Below, one piece after another: positions 33,815-43,902 of a stretch of DNA of 64,000 nt. Origin of the DNA: Candidatus Doudnabacteria bacterium. GTDB lineage: Bacteria > Patescibacteriota > Doudnabacteria > UBA920. Made by a program: the position numbers and the translations under genes. Under the pieces are notes generated by a model. The model saw nothing but the letters and a program-made list of their open reading frames with translations, did not search any database and was not told the origin of the DNA. The first letter of the stretch is position 1. Each line of letters starts with the position of its first letter. The DNA is taken from positions 14,915 to 78,914 of the forward strand of contig JARLHZ010000034.1 in assembly GCA_031291995.1 (NCBI GenBank), read 5' to 3'.

Positions 33815-35566
33815 ATGGCGGCCGACTGGAAAACTAAGCCGGAAATGCCCGAGGGTATTTTTGGAGTCGTAAATGACTTGCCGCGGCTGCTTCTGCAGCT
33901 GCTTTTTAACCGCGGCCTGTCCGGAGAGGAAGAAGCGCGTAAATTTATTGATTGCAAATACGAGGGCTTGCACGATCCGTTTTTGTTTCGGGACATGCGC
34001 CGGGCGGCGGATAGAATTTGGGAGGCGGTGGAGGCCGGCGAAAAAATTTGCATTTATGGGGATTACGACGCGGACGCGGTAACGGCCAACGCCGTTTTGC
34101 GCCAGACATTCGGTTTTTTGGGCGTTACGGCCACATCGTACATTCCGGACAGGTTTACGGAAGGATACGGGGTAAATTTGGAGGCGCTGATGAAGATAAA
34201 AGACGAAGGCACAAAGGTAATTATTACCGTCGATTGCGGCACGAATTCCGCGGACGCCGCCGAGTTTTGCGCGGCAAATAACATCGACTTTATTATAACC
34301 GACCATCACGAACTAATCGGTGACGCGCCAAAAGCTTACGCTTTAATAAACCCAAAAAATCCTGAGGACACTTATCCGTACTCTGAAATTACCGGCGTGG
34401 GCGTTGCGTTTAAATTGGCCTGCGGAATATTATCGTATTACGACAGGGTCACGGCCAGGCTATGGTCCGGAACCTTGTCTACTCCCACAATGCCGGCAAA
34501 AAAGTACGCCGGCGGTTTTGAAAAATGGCTTTTGGATCTTGTGGCTATCGGTACCGTGGCCGACTGCCACAGCCTTATGGGCGAAAATCGGATTTTGGTC
34601 AAATACGGCTTAAAAGTTTTGGAGAAAACCAGATGGCCGGGCTTAAAGGCAATTATTTTATCGGCCGGGTTGGATTTTAAGCGGCGGCCCGCGGATACTT
34701 ATTCGCTGGGCTTTGTTATCGCCCCGCGCTTGAACGCCGCCGGCCGGCTGGAACACGCCAATGTGGCATTGGACGTTTTACTTGAAACTGACGCAAATCT
34801 CGCGGCCGAAAAAGCGCAAAAATTGGATCTCATAAACCGCCGCCGGCAGGATCTGACGGAGCGGGTGCTAAGCGAAGCCCGCGAACGGGCGATTTTGCTT
34901 AAAGACCGGAAAATTTTGGCGCTTATGGGCGAAGGTTGGGCTAAAGGCGTGGTCGGGCTGGTTGCCGGGCGGCTGGCCGAAGAGTTTAATAAGCCCGCAA
35001 TAATTTTGGAAAAATTAGAAACCCTGTCGACCGGTTCGGCGAGGACGGCGGGGGAATTTAATATTTTAGAGGCGATAAAATTTGCTTCCGCCCATCTGGA
35101 AAAATTCGGCGGACATAAACAGGCGGCCGGCTTGAGCTTAAAGCCTGAAAAATTCGAAGTTTTTTACCAGCAGGTCCTGATTTACGCGGATGCCAATATG
35201 CCCCGGGAGCAGGCACCGCGGGTTTTGGAAATGGAAGCCGAACTTTTACCCGAAGACCTACAGCTTACAACTTACAGCTTGGTTGCTATGATGGAGCCCT
35301 TTGGCGTGGATAACCCCAAGCCGAAATTTTTAATAAAAGGCGCGCAGATTATTTCAGCCCGGGTGGTCGGGCAAATCGGCAAGCATTTGCAGTTTCGGCT
35401 CAAGGCCGGTAATAAAGAAATCGCCGCTATTTATTTTAACGCCCCGGAATTTGCCAAACACTTAAAAATTGGCGATACTGTAAATGTCGCGGCCGAACTT
35501 ATTGAAGACGGCTGGAACGGGAGGCGGGAAGTAAAATTGCGGATTGTCGACTTGAAGAACAAGTAA
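33815..35566 (+). CDS. recJ: single-stranded-DNA-specific exonuclease RecJ
   Basis: 583 aa. DHH-family motifs (IYGDYDADAVTA, DHH), a DHHA1-like region and a C-terminal OB-like domain. Confidence 0.85.
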   Translation: MAADWKTKPEMPEGIFGVVNDLPRLLLQLLFNRGLSGEEEARKFIDCKYEGLHDPFLFRDMRRAADRIWEAVEAGEKICIYGDYDADAVTANAVLRQTFGFLGVTATSYIPDRFTEGYGVNLEALMKIKDEGTKVIITVDCGTNSADAAEFCAANNIDFIITDHHELIGDAPKAYALINPKNPEDTYPYSEITGVGVAFKLACGILSYYDRVTARLWSGTLSTPTMPAKKYAGGFEKWLLDLVAIGTVADCHSLMGENRILVKYGLKVLEKTRWPGLKAIILSAGLDFKRRPADTYSLGFVIAPRLNAAGRLEHANVALDVLLETDANLAAEKAQKLDLINRRRQDLTERVLSEARERAILLKDRKILALMGEGWAKGVVGLVAGRLAEEFNKPAIILEKLETLSTGSARTAGEFNILEAIKFASAHLEKFGGHKQAAGLSLKPEKFEVFYQQVLIYADANMPREQAPRVLEMEAELLPEDLQLTTYSLVAMMEPFGVDNPKPKFLIKGAQIISARVVGQIGKHLQFRLKAGNKEIAAIYFNAPEFAKHLKIGDTVNVAAELIEDGWNGRREVKLRIVDLKNK

Positions 35567-35664
35567 ACAAGGATACAAGTAAACAAGTAAACAAGTAAAC
35601 AAGTAAACAAGTAAACAAGTAAACAAGTAAACAAGGATACAAGGATACAAGGATACAAGGATTG
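35558..35664. repeat. microsatellite: (GTAAACAA)x7 flanked by (GGATACAA)x4
   Basis: Perfect 8-mer tandem arrays. The recJ stop codon TAA lies inside the first repeat unit. Confidence 0.9.
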
Positions 35665-35695
35665 GCCCAGATTGCTAGATCGTTAAATTGACACA

Positions 35696-36103
35696 ATGAA
35701 TTTAATTATAAACACAGACGGGGGAGCCAGGGGTAATCCGGGTCCGGCCGGGATTGGCGTGGTCATTCGCAACGCCGAAAATCAAATTATCGCGGAACAT
35801 AAACAGTATATTGGCGAAGCGACCAATAATGTGGCCGAGTATAAGGCTCTGATATTGGCGTTGTCGGAAGCCTTAGCCCATAGCCCTACTCCCTTAGCCC
35901 TGGAAATCCGCATGGACAGCGAACTGATTGTCCGCCAGATGCAGGGCCGCTATAAAATTAAGGAACCCACGCTAAAACTGCTGGCCGCGGAAGTGTTAAA
36001 ACTGATTAAAAATTTTAAGCACGTGGCCTTTAGTCACGTGCCTAGAGAACAAAACAAAGAGGCCGACAAACTGGTCAACGAAGCCATAGACGCGGCAATA
36101 TAA
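35696..36103 (+). CDS. rnhA: ribonuclease HI
   Basis: 135 aa. INTDGGARGNPGPAGIGVVI RNase H N-terminus and a DSELIVRQM-type motif. Confidence 0.85.
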   Translation: MNLIINTDGGARGNPGPAGIGVVIRNAENQIIAEHKQYIGEATNNVAEYKALILALSEALAHSPTPLALEIRMDSELIVRQMQGRYKIKEPTLKLLAAEVLKLIKNFKHVAFSHVPREQNKEADKLVNEAIDAAI

Positions 36104-36113
36104 CCGTGCCGGT

Positions 36114-37202
36114 CTAACTGCTTTTGGCCGGCTCCGATAAGTTTTCCTGCCGGGTTATATTCCACTTATTTGTTTGCCGATTATAACGGAATTGCCTGAG
36201 GGTCGGCAAAACGTCTTTTAAGGCATCTAACATTGGGGCGTAGGCTTTTATTTTAAGCGCGCGTTCCTTTGGTGATTGGGAATAATATTTTATACCTTCC
36301 AGGTGCGCGTCGCCGTATATGCAGGTAATATTTCGGGGGCTGTCCTTTTGCTTGCTCAACCGATCCAGGCCTTCCGCGGACATAACATCCCGAAAATCAA
36401 CGTATTCATATAATAAAGCGCTAAACGGATCTTTGGCGCGGCGGCCGTGCCAAAATGAGTCGGCGCTTTCGTAGAGTGATGCTGCCGCTCCCGCCGCGAC
36501 GGTACCGCCTAATATTTTTAAAAAGCCCCTCCGGCTTTGCCGCCCGTCACTTTTTTCCGAGACGTCGCCGCGTTCATCGGCGTTTAAAGGCCTGACATGT
36601 TTGCTTGTCTGGCGACAAATCTCATCCAACGCGATTATCCCCATGCCTCCGAGCATGGTCAAAACCTTAAAGTTCCGGAAGACTTGGTTTTCGTCGTGCA
36701 TTATGGCGATGGCGCGCGCATTTTCATTAGCATTGCCGCTGGTTTGAGGATCGGCGATGGCTATTGGCTTGCCGTTTTTTTGGCAAAATTGTTCAGCGCG
36801 GGCAAAAAAAGGCCGAAACTTTCCCCGCGACAAAACTTTTTGAACTAATTCCCAGTTTACAATATTGGTTTTGCCCAGTTTGGCGGCTATTTCTTTTAAC
36901 GTTTTAACGGTAATTTTAATATCTTCCTCAAGTTCTCCGGTCGCGGTCGGCGCGCCTTCCAAAACCACAATGCCAGATTTGATAATCGCTTCTTCAATTT
37001 CCTTGCCGTACAACTCCAATGTTTCCGGAACATGCGCGACCCCGTAAAAATCTATTTTTTTCCCGTTTAAGTTCCAAGTTTCATGTTTCCAATTATTCCT
37101 GATTTCAGTATCCGGAATTCTTTCACGCGGTTCGTAAAATTTTTCATATTCAGGAGGCAGATCGAAAGACTTTAGGGGGATTGGCGGGCCTTCTTGAAAC
37201 AT
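36114..37202 (-). CDS. TraB/GumN-family-like protein (hypothetical)
   Basis: 362 aa. FYGVAHVPETLE resembles the GTAHV motif of the TraB/GumN family. An internal RRGFLKILGGTVAAGAAA Tat-like segment is present. Confidence 0.45.
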   Translation of the reverse strand: MFQEGPPIPLKSFDLPPEYEKFYEPRERIPDTEIRNNWKHETWNLNGKKIDFYGVAHVPETLELYGKEIEEAIIKSGIVVLEGAPTATGELEEDIKITVKTLKEIAAKLGKTNIVNWELVQKVLSRGKFRPFFARAEQFCQKNGKPIAIADPQTSGNANENARAIAIMHDENQVFRNFKVLTMLGGMGIIALDEICRQTSKHVRPLNADERGDVSEKSDGRQSRRGFLKILGGTVAAGAAASLYESADSFWHGRRAKDPFSALLYEYVDFRDVMSAEGLDRLSKQKDSPRNITCIYGDAHLEGIKYYSQSPKERALKIKAYAPMLDALKDVLPTLRQFRYNRQTNKWNITRQENLSEPAKSS

Positions 37203-37313
37203 ATAATTATCGGGACGGTTTAAAATTTAAACTTATGGGATGTTGAGTGACGCTCAAATTTCCAAATAGTAAAAGGCAACAATCAATTTAAGGGGTTGGC
37301 GCCGGCGAATAAT

Positions 37314-38621
37314 CTATCTAATGGTTAAGGTATTTAATTCGGTGCCGTCTAAAACGACCAAATTTTTCCCGGCGTTGTCTACGGCCGTTTTTTTAATGTC
37401 CGAGCCGTTGTATATAACGTATTGGTTTTGGCGGTCCCGGGTATCAAGCTCAATCGCGTCGATTTCGCTGCCGGTTCGGAACAGAGCGTAGCCGATATTT
37501 TGGCGGATTTGCAGGTCGGCCAGAGCCCCGCTGCTTCGGGTCACAAAATTTAAATTGCCGGTGAGCGGGTCAAAATAATCCAGCTCCCCGGAATCCACAA
37601 TGGCCAAAATGGATGTTTGGGCTTCAAATTTGGCCACACTGACATTGCCGGCCATTTGCCCCATGGAATTATTGGCCAGATACAGGGTGTTGTCGGCCAG
37701 CAGGAAAATTTGCTTTTGGAAGGTAATGTAGAGGTGAGCCTGGTTAAACGCGGGCAGGTTGGCAAAGAGAGTCTGAGTTTGGTTAAATGGCGGCTGGCTG
37801 ACCAAAAGTTCCGGTGTGCCGCTGGCGTTATTTTGGATAAAATAAACGCTGCCGTCCTGCAGGCCGAATGTTTTAACGCCGGAAAACAGGAGTGTTTTTG
37901 TCTGGGCGTCCGGGTCTATGGCGTAAAGCTGTCCGTCGCTTAATGCATAGAGCTGGCCCCCCTCGCTAAAGGCAAATTCCGACGGTGTGGAAAATAAGCC
38001 GCTCAGCTTGGTAAACTTCCCGTCGTTGAGGCTAAAAAATAAATACGCGGCCGCGGCCGGGGAATTTGCGGTTTCCGATAAGACAAAGTTTTTTCCGGAT
38101 GCGTCGGCAGCCGCTATGGTATTGGCGGGTTGGGGCAGCGTAAAAAGAGTTTGGTTGCCTAAATTTGTTCCGGAGGCCGCAATTAGATTGTTTTTTTCCA
38201 GAAGGACCGCTTCACCGTTATGGAAGTAAAAATCCTGTACCCCAGTTGCCACGGTTACGACCGGTGGTTGTTTAAAAAGAAGATAAATGTCGCCAAATGA
38301 AGGATTGGCCCAGGTTACCTGTCCTTCTTCAACCTCGAGTCTTTTGCTCCAATCCTGGTAGCCCGGTTTTTTTAAAGTAAGTTGATGTTCCCCGGGGACA
38401 ATAAAGTCCAAATCGCCGGAGCTGTCGCGCCTGAGGCGTCCGTCCAAATAAATTGCCGCTGAGTTTGGTACGGAACGTACTGACAATATCCCATTTGTCA
38501 CGAAGGAACCGGTATTAAAATTAAAGCTAATGCCCCGGACGTACAAGACCATCAACGGCGCCAAAATTAAAAAAATTAATACGCAAGCGGCCAACAGAAA
38601 ATACCGGGTTTTTTTGGTCAT
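37314..38621 (-). CDS. hypothetical membrane-anchored protein with N-terminal PEGA-like domain
   Basis: 435 aa. N-terminal TM. PEGA-like segment (VRSVPNSAAIYLDGRL…VPGEHQLTLKKPGYQDW). Then a repetitive beta-rich region. Confidence 0.5.
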   Translation of the reverse strand: MTKKTRYFLLAACVLIFLILAPLMVLYVRGISFNFNTGSFVTNGILSVRSVPNSAAIYLDGRLRRDSSGDLDFIVPGEHQLTLKKPGYQDWSKRLEVEEGQVTWANPSFGDIYLLFKQPPVVTVATGVQDFYFHNGEAVLLEKNNLIAASGTNLGNQTLFTLPQPANTIAAADASGKNFVLSETANSPAAAAYLFFSLNDGKFTKLSGLFSTPSEFAFSEGGQLYALSDGQLYAIDPDAQTKTLLFSGVKTFGLQDGSVYFIQNNASGTPELLVSQPPFNQTQTLFANLPAFNQAHLYITFQKQIFLLADNTLYLANNSMGQMAGNVSVAKFEAQTSILAIVDSGELDYFDPLTGNLNFVTRSSGALADLQIRQNIGYALFRTGSEIDAIELDTRDRQNQYVIYNGSDIKKTAVDNAGKNLVVLDGTELNTLTIR

Positions 38622-38652
38622 ATACGGTGAATTATAGCCGATTTTAGGTCAT

Positions 38653-38680
38653 TGATACAAGTGTGGCCTTTTGTTATACT
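38653..38680 (+). promoter_or_regulatory. sigma70-like promoter TTGATA-16-TATACT upstream of mreB
   Basis: Hexamers at 38653-38658 and 38675-38680, about 44 nt before the mreB ATG. Confidence 0.5.
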
Positions 38681-38723
38681 AGTGCTTGAATGAGAAGTTT
38701 TGAAACTCCTAACTCCTTTTTAA

Positions 38724-39731
38724 ATGTTCGAAACTAAAATCGGTATCGACCTTGGCACGGCCAATACTCTGGTATATGTCCCCAAAAGGGGGATTATAAT
38801 TAACGAGCCAACGGTAGTCGCGATTTCCTTGGAGGACAATCGCGTATTGGCGGTCGGGCAGGAAGCCAAGGAAATGCTCGGCCGGACCCCGGAAACCATC
38901 GTCGCCAGCCGTCCGATGAAAGACGGCGTAATAGCGGACTATCGCGTAACCGAGGCTATGCTCCGCTATTTTATAAATAAAGCATTGGGCAATATTCGGT
39001 TTTTCCGGCCTGAGGTTATGATTTCCGTTCCGGGCGGAATTACTTCCACCGAACGGCGCGCCGTGATTGACGCGGCTATAGCCGCAGGCGCAAAAGGTGC
39101 TTACGTTATAAAAGAGACGGTTGCCGCGGCCATAGGCGCCGGAATCCCGATTGCCGAGGCCAGAGGCAATTTGGTAATAGATATTGGCGGAGGCACCACC
39201 GACGTAGCGGTACTTTCTTTGGGCGGCATTGTCAACTCCACATCTGTGCGCGTGGCCGGCAATCGGTTGGATCAGGCTATTATAGATTTTGTCCGCAAGC
39301 GTCATGGCCTGGCCGTCGGCGACCGCACAGCCGAGGAAATTAAAATCACCATCGGAAGCGCCCTGGCTTTAAACGACGAGGAAGTTATGGAAATAAAGGG
39401 ACGCGACATGATTTCGGGACTGCCCAAAACGGTCACGGTTTCCACTAATGAGGTGGTTTCGGCCATTAGCGACGATTTGGGAGAGATCGTCCGGGCGGTT
39501 AAGCATGTGCTGCAGGAAACTCCGCCGGAACTTGCCTCGGATATTATTGATAAAGGAATGGTAATGACCGGGGGCACGGCGCTGCTCCGGAATTTGGGCG
39601 AATATATTGCTCAAGCCGTAGGCGTACCCTGCTTTGTCGCCGAGGATGCGCTGTTATGCGTGGCCAAGGGCACGGGCGTGGCGTTAGATAACTTGTCCAG
39701 TTATAAAAAGAGCATCTTAAGCACAAGGTAA
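38724..39731 (+). CDS. mreB: rod shape-determining protein MreB
   Basis: 335 aa. IGIDLGTANTLVYV and actin-fold phosphate motifs. Confidence 0.95.
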   Translation: MFETKIGIDLGTANTLVYVPKRGIIINEPTVVAISLEDNRVLAVGQEAKEMLGRTPETIVASRPMKDGVIADYRVTEAMLRYFINKALGNIRFFRPEVMISVPGGITSTERRAVIDAAIAAGAKGAYVIKETVAAAIGAGIPIAEARGNLVIDIGGGTTDVAVLSLGGIVNSTSVRVAGNRLDQAIIDFVRKRHGLAVGDRTAEEIKITIGSALALNDEEVMEIKGRDMISGLPKTVTVSTNEVVSAISDDLGEIVRAVKHVLQETPPELASDIIDKGMVMTGGTALLRNLGEYIAQAVGVPCFVAEDALLCVAKGTGVALDNLSSYKKSILSTR

Positions 39732-39795
39732 CTAAATATTTGCCAAGTCTTACAAAGTATCCTATAATACCAACAAAGAAATCAAAACTAAAAAT

Positions 39796-40311
39796 ATGAA
39801 AGATTTTAGGAAATCTCTGTATATTTTTTTATGTTCCCTGTTGGGTGTTCTTATGTTTATGCTGCTGGAGCGTCTGGCGGTATTTTTTTATTTATACCTT
39901 TTAGCCGGAGGCTATTTGGTTACGAATATGTCTTACCTGCAAATCGCGATATTTGATTACATTGTCTTGGTTTTGGCCATGATGCTGGGAGCCTGGTACG
40001 GAGTCTGGCTGGGGCTTTATTGGTATCGGATAATTTATGAGGAACAAAGCCATCCGGGTTTGGTTGGGCATGTATCGGAGCATTATTTTCCCCGGCCCAG
40101 TTTCGCCCGATCCGAAGGAGTCGCGGAGTTGAAAAAACGCCTGGTCGAAGACTTGTCGCGGCTGGAAACGGTTGAGGTCGCCACTGTGCCGAGCCCCTTG
40201 GAGCCGGTTCCGGTAAAAAGAAAAATTGTCCGCCGGAGCGCGCCAAAAAAGCTAAAAACGGCCGGGGCCAGTTCCGCTAAAATATTGCGCGATTCACAGC
40301 CGCAGCAGTAA
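39796..40311 (+). CDS. hypothetical membrane protein
   Basis: 171 aa with 3 TM helices and a charged C-terminal tail. Downstream of mreB; an MreC/MreD-like role is possible but not demonstrable. Confidence 0.45.
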   Translation: MKDFRKSLYIFLCSLLGVLMFMLLERLAVFFYLYLLAGGYLVTNMSYLQIAIFDYIVLVLAMMLGAWYGVWLGLYWYRIIYEEQSHPGLVGHVSEHYFPRPSFARSEGVAELKKRLVEDLSRLETVEVATVPSPLEPVPVKRKIVRRSAPKKLKTAGASSAKILRDSQPQQ

Positions 40312-40330
40312 TTAAATATAACGGCAACAT

Positions 40331-40774
40331 ATGAACCGAAAAAATTTCCTGCTGTTTTTTTTGCTGGAGTGGCTGTTGACCGCAGCGTTGAAAATTTGGC
40401 TGTTTAATTACCAGGTTTTTGCCAATCTCGGCAGCCAGCAGATTTTATTTTGGATCATAACTGTAGTTATAACTGCCGCCATTGTCAGGCGGTTTGGTTA
40501 CATTTCCCTGTTTGAAATGGCAGTCGTCGCTATTTTTTGGACTGTGGCCGGTATGTTTTTAGATCTCATTTTAACAAGTAAATTTACAGGACTGGGCATG
40601 TTCAGATCTCAGGCCTATTGGGACAGTTTTGGCATAATGATTGCCGCATTATTTTTATTCCACAAAAAAAGGCATATTTTAGCGCGCCACAAGCTGCATG
40701 CCGCCAAACTCGCCGCCCAGCACGCGGCCGATCATCCGTCGGAGGCTCATATGCCGGATATTAAACGGCATTAG
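40331..40774 (+). CDS. hypothetical membrane protein
   Basis: 147 aa, 4 TM helices. Confidence 0.45.
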   Translation: MNRKNFLLFFLLEWLLTAALKIWLFNYQVFANLGSQQILFWIITVVITAAIVRRFGYISLFEMAVVAIFWTVAGMFLDLILTSKFTGLGMFRSQAYWDSFGIMIAALFLFHKKRHILARHKLHAAKLAAQHAADHPSEAHMPDIKRH

Positions 40775-40869
40775 ATTGGGAGGAGATGGTTATAGGTTAT
40801 AGAGGTTGGAGTGGTAATAAGTCCTGGAAGTTTTCCACAGCTTGACTGGCGTGCGCATTGTGTTAAACT

Positions 40870-41110
40870 ATTTTTACATTTGAATATTATAAAGCCATAG
40901 CGGAGTCGCGATCCGTTTGCTGTCCCGAATAAATCGGGAACGGTCAGCCTTTCCGTACAACTAGGTAAATAAGTGTCCCCGCGAAGTAGCGGGGGAATCG
41001 AGGTGGTACCGCGGTAATGTTTGAATCCATGAACGAGTCGTCCGGCTCCGGTTCATGCCAAACCCGCCCTTGAAAACAACTACGTTGTTTTTGTGGGCGG
41101 GTTTTGATTT
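40870..41110 (+). ncRNA. candidate structured small RNA ending in a strong intrinsic terminator
   Basis: 500 nt gap with no coding potential. TTGACT…TAAACT promoter-like hexamers at about 40833-40861. Several perfect local stems (TCCCGA/TCGGGA, TCCCCGC/GCGGGGA, CATGAAC/GTTCATG). Terminator AAACCCGCCC…GGGCGGGTTT at 41060-41104 followed by a T-run. Confidence 0.3.
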
Positions 41111-41312
41111 ATTCTAATCCAGCCTTGGATTATAAAAAAACATCCGCCGTACCCTTGGGCTATGGCGAAGGCGGATAAATGCTTTATTACTATCTAGTAA
41201 TAAAGTGCCCCAGGTAAGGCATAAATGACGCGAACTAGTAAAAATAATTCTCATCGGAAAATTTGTAAGACTTCTGTTGAGAACAATTTTTGTTAGTCCA
41301 AAAGGAGAGCTT

Positions 41313-41588
41313 ATGAAGTCCTTTGCAGTTGTTGGGCATTCGATAACCGACGAAGAAATAGCAGCTTTGCATCAGCGCTGCCAAAACGCTTGGGTAAAGT
41401 GGTACGACCGGGGAAATAACACGGCTTTCATATTGGGCGAATTGCGGGGAAACTTGCCGGATGTTCTGATCATACACCCGAATATCGACGAGGCGGCAAT
41501 AGGGATCTTGTTGTCCGGCCGGGAAGTCCGGGTGGTAAAAGCGGCGAATGCAATCGTCGCGATGTTTCAGATCGCGACTGAAGCATAA
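41313..41588 (+). CDS. hypothetical protein
   Basis: ORF with RBS AAAGGAGAG 6 nt upstream of ATG 41313. The track start at 41277 is less likely. Confidence 0.4.
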   Translation: MKSFAVVGHSITDEEIAALHQRCQNAWVKWYDRGNNTAFILGELRGNLPDVLIIHPNIDEAAIGILLSGREVRVVKAANAIVAMFQIATEA

Positions 41589-41847
41589 TAACTCAACAAC
41601 TGGAAGGCCATCAACACTGGCGCCGTGAATGGACTACTAACATGTAGTTCTGAATCGGCGCCTTTGGTTATATGAATAAGCGGCTTGCGCCAAAGTGTAC
41701 AACCAACCATTTTAGATATCAACAAGAAAAGTGTCAAAGGTGCTCTTTGCCACTGGTTGCAAGAAGCGCTTTCAAGAGAAAATTAGCCACAATTACATAT
41801 TTTGTGGTATAATATATTTACCGCTAATTAATCAATAGGAAACAAAA

Positions 41848-42114
41848 ATGTCAGACCAGGATGAATACAAAAAAATGCTGACAGACTTAATCCAAAAACA
41901 AATGGTTGTTTTGGGCCCGAATATTGCTTTGGACAAGGCGCGCAAGGTTCCCGGGGTTAAGGTTGCGGATGATGGTACGGTTTTGGATATGGATGGCGAT
42001 CCGCCAATGGTTTTAAAGGGCGTGGCAAACGAATACATGGCTCTGTCCGGCCAGATTGCCCAAATGACCCTGAACTCATTATTGGAAAAATATCCGACTG
42101 TAAAGGGCCTTTAA
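41848..42114 (+). CDS. hypothetical small protein
   Basis: 88 aa. An extended -10 TGTGGTATAAT sits at 41804-41813 upstream. Confidence 0.4.
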   Translation: MSDQDEYKKMLTDLIQKQMVVLGPNIALDKARKVPGVKVADDGTVLDMDGDPPMVLKGVANEYMALSGQIAQMTLNSLLEKYPTVKGL

Positions 42115-42234
42115 AACCGCCGATCCGACGCTACTATATATGCGGATAGGTCGCTGAGAAGGTACTTGAAACTTCAGTGTTTGTCTCAGCGGTGGTCTTA
42201 AAATCGGCGTCGCCTCAGCGTCATAAAAAACAAA

Positions 42235-43899
42235 ATGTTAATCAACATCCTTTTAGTCATAGATTTTATAATGCTGGCGGTAGTCGTTAGCGCTTATATT
42301 TACGCGTCCCGGAGGGAACGTAAGTACTTGCGATCGGAAGCCGACCAGTCATTGGAACTGCAGCAGAAAGTTTACCAGGCGCAGGTGTTAAAAGAAATCA
42401 GCGAACGCATCGGTTATTCGTTAAATACCGGGAAGATTGTGGATATTATTACCAGCAGTCTCGGAAATTTGCTGGATTACGATACAGTGGCCTACATGGT
42501 TTTGCAGGAAGACGGCAAAGTGGTTTTTAAATGCCAGGTGGAAAACTCCGTTAACCATGAATTTATTGAGCAGGTGAAAGAAAAAATGCTCATGTCCTAC
42601 GAAGCTATTTTAAACAAAAAGATTTCCACCGCCGGTTTGGACGAAAGCGTTACCGGAAATATATTAAACGATAACTCGAAATTCAGAGTTACGTCTTTTT
42701 TTAATCTGCCCGTGGTTATTTCGCGGAAATTGGTGGGGCTGATTAATGTTGCTTCCCACGAACCCGGCCGGTACGGCGAAGAACAGGCGTCCATTTTATA
42801 CGCGATTACCAACCAGGCCGCCACGGCGGTTTCCAAACTCCAGGAAGTTTTGGAAAGTGAAAAAGGCAAATTGGCCGCGGTTATTTATTCTTTGGCCGAC
42901 GGGGTTATAACCGTGGATTTAAATTACCAGCTTACGGTTTACAATCCGGTCATTAAAAATATTCTGGAAATCGCCCATAATAAACCGCTAACAATGTTTG
43001 ACATAGTTGACGCGCTGGCCGGCAAAATCGACTTGCGTACCAAAATCGAGCAGTCTATTGCGGAGAATAAAACCTTAAACGTACCGGATGTGATTTTAAA
43101 AGACAAAGCCCTGGAGCTGACTATATCTCCGGTCAAAGACAGCGGCGGAACCGTTATTGCCGCGACCGTGGTATTCCACGACATTACCACGGAAAAAACT
43201 TTGGAAAAAACCAGGCAGGAATTTACCGCCATGATGGTTCATGAACTCCGGGCGCCGTTGACCGCGGTGCGCTGGTCCAGCGAATCTTTAATTAAAAACC
43301 TCGCGGCCAACACCGGCGTTGACCCGGCTAAAGTTAAAGATACGGTGGTCACCATAGAAACCGCTTCCAATAATATGCTGGAACTGGTGAACGACCTGCT
43401 GGATGTTGCCAAAATTGAGGCCGGTAAATTCGAATTGAATATACAGGATTATGATTTGGTGGAGCTGATTAACGAACAGGCCAAAGTTTTCCGGCCCCAG
43501 GCCGAAGTTAAACATTTGGCCATTAACGTTATTACTCCGCCCAAATATATGCTAAAATTTGATAGAGTAAGGGTTGGCCAGGTTTTAGGCAATTTATTGA
43601 GTAATGCCATAAAATATACGGATAGCGGCCAAATAGAGGTAAATTTGGTGCCTAACGCCCAGGAAAAGACCGTGGCGATAGGGGTAAAAGACAGCGGGAT
43701 AGGGGTGTCCCATGAGGATTTATCCAGCCTTTTTTCCAAATTTAAACAGTTGAAAACCGGCGACCACGCCAGAAAAGGCACCGGTTTGGGCCTGGTGGTG
43801 AGCCGGGGAATCGTGGAAGCCCATGGCGGCAGAATTTGGGCGGAAAGCGCGGGGGAAAATTTGGGTACGACATTTAATTTTTCATTACCAATTATATAA
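42235..43899 (+). CDS. sensor histidine kinase (TM, GAF-like, HisKA, HATPase_c)
   Basis: 554 aa. HisKA H-box MVHELRAPL. N, G1 and G2 boxes (NLLSNAIKYT, DSGIGV, GTGLGL). Confidence 0.85.
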   Translation: MLINILLVIDFIMLAVVVSAYIYASRRERKYLRSEADQSLELQQKVYQAQVLKEISERIGYSLNTGKIVDIITSSLGNLLDYDTVAYMVLQEDGKVVFKCQVENSVNHEFIEQVKEKMLMSYEAILNKKISTAGLDESVTGNILNDNSKFRVTSFFNLPVVISRKLVGLINVASHEPGRYGEEQASILYAITNQAATAVSKLQEVLESEKGKLAAVIYSLADGVITVDLNYQLTVYNPVIKNILEIAHNKPLTMFDIVDALAGKIDLRTKIEQSIAENKTLNVPDVILKDKALELTISPVKDSGGTVIAATVVFHDITTEKTLEKTRQEFTAMMVHELRAPLTAVRWSSESLIKNLAANTGVDPAKVKDTVVTIETASNNMLELVNDLLDVAKIEAGKFELNIQDYDLVELINEQAKVFRPQAEVKHLAINVITPPKYMLKFDRVRVGQVLGNLLSNAIKYTDSGQIEVNLVPNAQEKTVAIGVKDSGIGVSHEDLSSLFSKFKQLKTGDHARKGTGLGLVVSRGIVEAHGGRIWAESAGENLGTTFNFSLPII

Positions 43900-43902
43900 T
43901 TG

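Noticed and set aside
35558-35664. Possible CRISPR array
   Set aside because: Units are 8 bp and contiguous with no spacers, and there are no cas genes. This is a simple tandem repeat.
35431-35696. Three minus-strand ORFs (62-75 aa) with repetitive LVYLFTCLLVYLF sequence
   Set aside because: They are translations of the (GTAAACAA)n microsatellite and not genes.
40950-41250. RNase P RNA
   Set aside because: GUCCGGCUCC and CAGGUAAGG resemble CR-I and CR-II at about the right spacing. But CR-III and CR-V (…CCGGCUUA) are absent and a strong terminator intervenes. Kept only as a generic candidate sRNA.
40800-41280. tmRNA
   Set aside because: No GGGG…/…CCACCA tRNA-like ends and no plausible tag ORF.
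41235-41477. 80 aa minus-strand ORF
   Set aside because: Overlaps a better plus-strand ORF that has a strong RBS, and has no features.
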